In this document: positions 61,401 through 64,000 of the stretch, in pieces
Layout: each line of letters begins with the position of its first letter
Numbering within the stretch: the first letter of the stretch is position 1
Notes under the pieces: model-generated
Seen by the model: only the letters and a program-made list of their open reading frames with translations
Database searches by the model: none
What the model was told of the DNA's origin: nothing
Program-made: the position numbers and the translations under genes
From: Elusimicrobiota bacterium
Lineage (GTDB): Bacteria > Elusimicrobiota > Elusimicrobia > Elusimicrobiales > UBA9959
NCBI GenBank assembly: GCA_003482905.1
Contig: DMXM01000003.1
Coordinates: 5,285 to 69,284, forward strand
DNA length: 64,000 nucleotides
Reading direction: 5' to 3'

Positions 61401-64000
61401 TTTGGTCGTCATCTTGCCGGTGACGTTCTGCCTGGCGGACAGGTAAGCGGCATAAGCCGGGGAAGTGTTGACCGGGGCGCTGGTGGTGCCTATCCAGACG
61501 CGCGCCCAGTCGCCGGCCTTGCTGGACACCTTGTAGACCATCTGCGTGGAAACACCCACCTGGCCTGTGGCGTCCGTATAGACTATGGTCGAAGTCCCCA
61601 TGTCGAACCAGGCGGAAGCTATATTGGCCTGCAGCGCCCCGGTGGAACCGTACACCTCCGGGATCTCCACGTAGGCCGGCACCCCCGCGGACGATATATT
61701 ATTGTCGAAGGCGTCGGACAACTGCGCCGTCAGGGCCTGGCGGCCCGGCAGAACCGTGGAGCCAGCGCCCACTTCCGTATCCGCGTTGGGCATAACGCGG
61801 TAAATATTAGGGGGGCCGGGCTGTACATAAACTTCCGCCGGCGGCGCGACATTGATGCCGGGAAGGAGAGTGTCGTAAGCGCCCAGGGTATTGACCCCGG
61901 CCTTCCTGAAAGTGAACCAGCCGGGCAGGTCTTTCACGCCCAGGTCCGAACGGTAGAAAGGCACGGTCCAGGCGGACGGCGTCGGGTCCTGGTTGGGGTT
62001 TACCTGGTCCACCAGCACGAAGGCCGCCGTGCCCAGGTAAACATTATTGCCGGTGGAGCAGTTGTTCTCGAAAGTATCCTTCGCCAGCAGCGCGGCCGAG
62101 AACGGCAAACCGGCCACCACCGTGGTGGAGGGCAGCACGTAGACCATATGCGTGACCGGGCCGGGATTAACGGTAAGGGTGGATACCCCGGCGGCGTAGT
62201 AGGCCGCGGAAGCCGCCGTGGTGGCGGCCACCACCGTGTAGGTGCTGAAAGAGGTGCGGGCGTCTATGGCGAATACGGCGCTGCCGTTGGACAGGGTCTG
62301 GACTCCGGGCGGCGTCGTTTTAAAATCGCCCGGCATGGAAACCACTACGGCGGGCATCACGGCCACGGGGTTAGTGTCCTGGGCCGCGCCGGCCAGCTCG
62401 GTGGCCTTGTTATAGAAATCGTCGGTCAGGTAAACGCTGGCGAACAGCGGGCCGGCGCCTATGGTATGTACCGCCGGCGGGCCGGTGCGGCCGGGCCAGG
62501 CGATGAGCGGGTCGCGGCAGGGGCCGATATTGCATTTACCTTCGGCCAGCCCCTGGCCCGGCAGCACCACTTCCAGGCGCGTGGCTGTCGAGGAGAACAC
62601 CTTAAGATAGGCCCTGGCGGCCGCATCGTTGCCCAGGCAGACGCCGCCGGCGCCGCCGAAACACATATTATTGTCGGCGGCCGCCACCGGGTAGACCTTT
62701 ATGGAGGCGTCGCTCCGCCTGGTCACCAGGTTCAACTGCGTCTGGAGGGTGCCGTAATTCAGGGCGGTGCTGGAACCGTCGTTGTCGTAGATATCGGAAG
62801 TGATCAGGTAGACGGTGGGGCCCACCGACAGGCCGGTATAGCGGTTCATGTACTGGTCCACCAGGTTTATGGTCACGCTGAAAGGCGTGCCGGCGGTAGC
62901 CGTGGAGATCAGCGAGGCCTTGCCGCCGGCCGGGTACGCGCCCGAGCCCGGCACGGCCGTCTCACCGGGGACCAGCAGCTGCAGGCCCACCGGGTCGGCC
63001 GGCCGCACTGTAAATGTCGAGGACTGCGGGTCGGACGAAAGGCCGGAAGAGCCGTAGTCGGCGGCGGTCAGGTAATGCGTGGCGGCCTTACGCATGCTCA
63101 CATAAATAAAGTCGGTAACTCCGGACGCTATGTTTATGGCGGCCGTGCTTACGGCCGGGGCGTAAGCGTCCGACGGCGTGTTCACGCGCACATCGGCCGG
63201 ACGGCCCGTTACCTTGTTGTAGAAGCTGTCCACTACACCCACCTTAACACCGAAGCTGGCCCCGGCTTTCTGTTCGGTGGCCACCCCCGCCTTGCCGGTG
63301 GCGGAACCCTGGTCGAAATCCTCTCCGGGGAGCACCAGCAGCAGGCGGCTGGGAACGCCGGGTGCCACGCTGACCACCGTGGCCGTGTCCACGTTAAGCG
63401 TCGGGCCCCAGGGCGGCACCGCGTTGACCAGTTCGGCCCGCACATACGTAGCGCCGGCCCTTTTCGGCGTCACGGTGAACGTGGCGGAGCCTACCACCAC
63501 CTGGGTGGAGGGGCTGACCACCGAGAAGGGGTCGTCGCAGACCAGGCGTATCTCCTGGCTGGTCCCCGGCGTCAGGTTCCAGAAAGCGTCGGCTATATCC
63601 ACGGTTACGGTGAAGGGGAAGCCCGCCTGCTGGCCTGCCACCACTCCGGCGCGGCCGTTGCCGGTAGAGCCAGGCACACGGGTTTCATTGGGTACCATGG
63701 CCCTGAGCTTGGTCGGGTTATTAGGGCTAAGCGCGAAAACGCCGCTTGACGTGGCCCCCAGGTTGGTCCCGGTACCGCTCAGATCCGTGGCCGTAACGGT
63801 CCTGAAACCGGCGCTGCGCAGGGTGATATTGCCGATGGTGGCGCTGCCGTCGGTCATATTGAAGGAGCCCAGATTGGCGGCGAAGGCGTCGTCCGAAGTG
63901 GCGACGATATTGGCCTTGTTTATGCCGTAAACCCGGTTATAGCGGGTGTCGGCGGCGTAGACATAAGCGTTGAAGGGGACGCCGGCGGTCTGGGTGGAGA
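52497..64000 (-). CDS. giant cell-surface repeat protein, more than 3,830 aa; N-terminus outside the window
   Basis: The track ORF is 52497..63857 (3786 aa). My translation of 63858-64000 in the same frame has no stop (...AYVYAADTRYNRVYGINKANIVATSDDAFAANLGSFN-MTDG), so the gene continues upstream.
- At least 11 Big_1-like units with a D-x-[FY]-x-N motif (DAFWNL, DSFYNKV, DQYMNRY, DRYGNPT, DQFGNVA...).
- Seven modules with [VI][KR][VI]W.D....G..D loops.
- Calcium-binding-like DINGDNIPDN...DIDGDRLLD (about 53760-53935).
- FN3 domain (about 52850-53175).
- C-terminal YPNPVDL...TITLYDLLGYVV...VIWDGRNGLGGYVSKGGYIVRV, a T9SS/FlgD-Ig-like CTD (52500-52815). Confidence 0.85.
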   Translation of the reverse strand, partial: STQTAGVPFNAYVYAADTRYNRVYGINKANIVATSDDAFAANLGSFNMTDGSATIGNITLRSAGFRTVTATDLSGTGTNLGATSSGVFALSPNNPTKLRAMVPNETRVPGSTGNGRAGVVAGQQAGFPFTVTVDIADAFWNLTPGTSQEIRLVCDDPFSVVSPSTQVVVGSATFTVTPKRAGATYVRAELVNAVPPWGPTLNVDTATVVSVAPGVPSRLLLVLPGEDFDQGSATGKAGVATEQKAGASFGVKVGVVDSFYNKVTGRPADVRVNTPSDAYAPAVSTAAINIASGVTDFIYVSMRKAATHYLTAADYGSSGLSSDPQSSTFTVRPADPVGLQLLVPGETAVPGSGAYPAGGKASLISTATAGTPFSVTINLVDQYMNRYTGLSVGPTVYLITSDIYDNDGSSTALNYGTLQTQLNLVTRRSDASIKVYPVAAADNNMCFGGAGGVCLGNDAAARAYLKVFSSTATRLEVVLPGQGLAEGKCNIGPCRDPLIAWPGRTGPPAVHTIGAGPLFASVYLTDDFYNKATELAGAAQDTNPVAVMPAVVVSMPGDFKTTPPGVQTLSNGSAVFAIDARTSFSTYTVVAATTAASAAYYAAGVSTLTVNPGPVTHMVYVLPSTTVVAGLPFSAALLAKDTFENNCSTGNNVYLGTAAFVLVDQVNPNQDPTPSAWTVPFYRSDLGVKDLPGWFTFRKAGVNTLGAYDTLLPGINVAPPAEVYVQPGPPNIYRVMPNADTEVGAGSTVLPGRQALTAQLSDAFDNNISSAGVPAYVEIPEVYGSTGALQANIASAWFDMGTSTIVYTDATGQVGVSTQMVYKVSSKAGDWARVWIGTTSAPVNTSPAYAAYLSARQNVTGKMTTKGGVPSKLLFVSSQAAAAAGIQEVAGAGAFFTVERRDDFDNLTREGQTDVFLGLPSAQGTIHTALGRTLGTFGTLGDYGYRDQGNTQFVQTVSIPPNQTQISFRYHDRTSSYSGLSPALNTGEGGRPGYWQIEARSGSMQPAIHPLRLNPVDIAKVSFGNQPVSLVAGRITDSFGLVRNFEAELRDMFDNPSLATATVRVVLSTFTRQPSQVNDAFSFSASSSLAAAFPPVFASTATFLDIPLDAYFATFYYLDTTASAVYGSTIPLRPVIKIAAPDRPAWSASTQPVHVLPDFTYRVNVSLNAGQTVMAGTTSQMFAMAIEDRYGNPTPIASGQEDAIGAGVLFKLESGSTGDVRFSAPSVSSFTAQPGYAKLALGESATSFYLIDTLLSNPTHQLTINTVNSKGWLPAISSYTVVPAPPDHVVFHTPSRRLVAGTTLQYADFALNLTTPTVVSVVLKDRYGNATSTSSAATVRFTAVRNSMYGGIDPSEAVLASNPNWKLLKTNPLDVPIFPGQSYANVYIWDTIVGTAALTADASIPADGVVLPQINQETYITPGAAAYFTLHHGYSLASPLRVQTPGNVTLRARDQFGNVAAGDPVNGNYYVSKIKMATNSKGTADLRDWLANTTDYVFVPADHGERQLLLQDTIVETLKVSVTDYHIPGIYGYTGDGARGMPAASSPDVVLSGLRITPLDMSPEDPLPVAKTNNGINKNAIYQGDGVIAVVPAPVPMLRLTMQTEPVGTPTAYLKSVQVKSSGTLNWADIVEVGMYADNPTFGQTGAFDGETSLGGAPVDIFMSSGTYDPGLMAWHFNDLQAKVSTAALVSNTPRNFFFTVRMSTVAATPRSFSLVMENPSYVVLDSTFVGVAYNNFPIATATSPVRNQPATIMIKGNDIAAWWQPSVGTTTLTLGQYTYVEQGQGRVGFLEIKAWTENFTGVLKAFKIIKTGTGSGADLKSVRLFLDSSGGDPTLGDGIFAPSIDKEVTDPVNPPSYDIQDPDTFVLPLINPGLDGAISISTRTYYVVYEFGPDSVPNMTHGARLENSGVNLIDGWVGAFQPVVSSTIPLYATADIVYLADVNKSQPNDFAKPSFVTQNDKDKAVVRLTMQINGSQGSAIWSGLKLDRWVTGAENGNTPAWNKVTDVKKISIWYDSTLDGLLETTGTVKDTEVLLIAPSVRTFPYDTLKAPLLATDTVLRVYDIQKFFPADSPFPMAPGRLIMNDGQADPSLKEVIYYSSVDVLSNAFGGLTRGAEATAIADWSTGTVVSGQAVLPMIGTGGALDGQVIYNVPKDYFVAYDIDPLANVSNFSYIGVALRSTDYFMITSPKHMSTVNVGVTAPGKTLSLVGKVREYADEVVVKATDTVLGPTLQQQAQNQPVMVFTIKTSVADAMWRWMMVYATGTVMQDGTAINDVSAVKVWHDADNNGFLGASDVMVGSGTFGNTIYGPLTARVDFASERRVVTDLEALNNSMSPRYFLTYDIRASAMPNDPLGNPRYLGAYLKADSLPQNSPATDDPAKNSLSLPNYFSAANSNLTYVSKVREIVSSPSTVTVLAASIFSPDNAGSAPSLRLAQDVASPGPVDAAWLVTSTAGIPASGYAVVDNEIISYAGTAAGALTAVTRGAFNTPVVNHANNSVIGGMVYQGWLNYPVMRMALTTSGYGVRWQGVRLSRKQPAGLAGYDEDAEVIKVWKDNGNGVFDRDAATGLNTSDTLIGTGRFGVNDPVGKATIAVKDPELNNQDYVVIRSTPTVIFVSVDIDKTSRFSNVLLSPQNDVLGIEVPFETNFLFGPENSGHVAQFLSPVVSQMNTLLPTMNNVTMTPEDISPVSVTQNDKNVGVLAMRLVTDKTSARVEAIRLSRRGTSNDSDIDLIKVWKDSNDNCILDSVDTASNSAGAYPYLASYGNESYSSSTVNIALKSPIIVTTNTACAFISYDMSQFAIIGSTAALSISSAANFTIGIPNVITLTTSPINTMPMLVREIPSNVVMGGNDVAGDLVLAGGVNQAQINAPMIRFNLITEAGNARWSAIKVQRTGASNDPAAPFGKNGDVKFIRIYQDSNQNDMLDVNDTNISEARSTLAIPFTSTDTLPFNLVLASTTGFPAEGRIYIGEAELASYSGSGVDAGTGKPYLRVFSRGEKLGDFNTPVVTHAARVAVRKVDVFDQENPLNTQTHIQLSQSQTLSPLPQTYFAVYDLGEMAIKANKVGLMIRDKSWIVVNAPHDISPNVFVGISKALPRGTYVDIYPFSSSLVPVKAVNVTVKSVNIAPKSAEKNTRNVPMMTFTMATLADYVMLGQIKFQQSGSISSTTVGFGDGDLAGVALWKDDGDGAFSPVGDKRLGFTLHSATNPFVDGVFISITDGNLPYMMISTAPTILHLACDISSAADLSGADIMGHLAGLTLGAFTDLRGVGGMPLAAGQHYADTYPMDSNQILISPAIIPLTPVYSPVMLASNGYPAYALLDSSGNVVMGAGNLPLADTSRWRTNYTASGCRADEPLIDINGDNIPDNFDYYGSGKCNNISLNNSGIPTFDIDGDRLLDFESNIDYVPDRIINDGTGKPLYFIGDNVQNVKLLLAVSELGAVPSVWASKTTELPAMWNPSSGLVTGYELSLGGSFADPTGIKNTWQSAGSALAGKVTNVALSPGHFTHLTSRIDVNTSSFSVVSAEGFAAEGVVYVGNEIMVVTKIDGTTFKINERGAQGSFRGPHTAWGETVSDRGYVLSVRGIMADGRYIPSESGVPIMIYRIDTTYPTTPGAPEPQVAKGVSSGQAYTLKWDSSADGESNVMSYEIQEREGTNPVWHTVAAIPGFKTGGAINNIYTIGDPVSPGETPRPFGKYYTYRVRSWNFAGLHSEWSAVSTPAGTTIGAELLSKVSNYPNPVDLRKGGVEGRTVINYTLNDNAEVTITLYDLLGYVVREFKFTSGADGGKLGPNFVIWDGRNGLGGYVSKGGYIVRVKAASPKGSKVIMRKVGVIH

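Noticed and set aside
52329-63749. Very long plus-strand ORFs antisense to the giant gene: 52329..54134 (601 aa), 54159..55604, 58293..61181 (962 aa) and 61218..63749 (843 aa).
   Set aside because: Their composition is dominated by G, R, H, A and V. They have no domain signatures and lie exactly opposite a frame with clear Ig/FN3/CTD motifs. They are GC-driven shadow ORFs.

Overview
This is a GC-rich bacterial chromosome segment, apparently from a diderm (SurA-like, PdxA, OmpA-type and PorV-like genes). Nearly all genes are on the minus strand. All calls come from reading the supplied translations and the DNA by eye; no database search was run.

Housekeeping content:
- Metabolism and translation: monomeric isocitrate dehydrogenase, alaS, tRNA-Arg(CCG), tilS, mnmA, an NnrE-like epimerase.
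- Phosphate block: PiT, a DUF47 (PhoU-like) protein, a PhoR-like kinase and a PhoB-like regulator.
- Signalling: a stand-alone receiver protein and two tandem GGDEF cyclases.
- Envelope and repair: sppA, mfd, alr, a class A PBP, two PpiC/SurA-type isomerases, pdxA, ddl.

Two regions stand out:
1. 20.5-27.8 kb is a visibly AT-richer accessory island lying against the 3' end of the tmRNA gene (ssrA, 28063-28414). It carries an AbiEi/AbiEii-like pair and a compact, translationally coupled four-gene Wadjet/MksFEBG-like cassette (408, 180, 905 and 281 aa). No integrase or att repeat is visible.
2. 43.3-64.0 kb is a co-directional cluster. It combines an orphan flagellar-type stator operon (flbD-motA-motB) with five other genes:
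   - a signal-peptide/TM/FliG-like/TPR fusion protein;
   - a 764-aa coiled-coil protein;
   - a lipoprotein;
   - a PorV-like outer-membrane barrel fused to TPRs;
   - a giant (more than 3,830 aa, truncated by the window) surface protein ending in a T9SS/FlgD-Ig-like C-terminal domain.

   No other flagellar genes are in the window. I propose this as a candidate undescribed pmf-driven surface, secretion or motility machine.

Smaller observations:
- A ~130-140 nt structured repeat sits 4-6 nt after two stop codons and shows compensatory substitutions.
- Several TATAAT boxes lie 6-9 nt from start codons, suggesting leaderless mRNAs.
- Two near-consensus promoters share the sequence GGGGCTTGACA.
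- A perfect 28-bp inverted repeat lies between alr and the PBP gene.

The many long antisense ORFs in the track are treated as high-GC artefacts.
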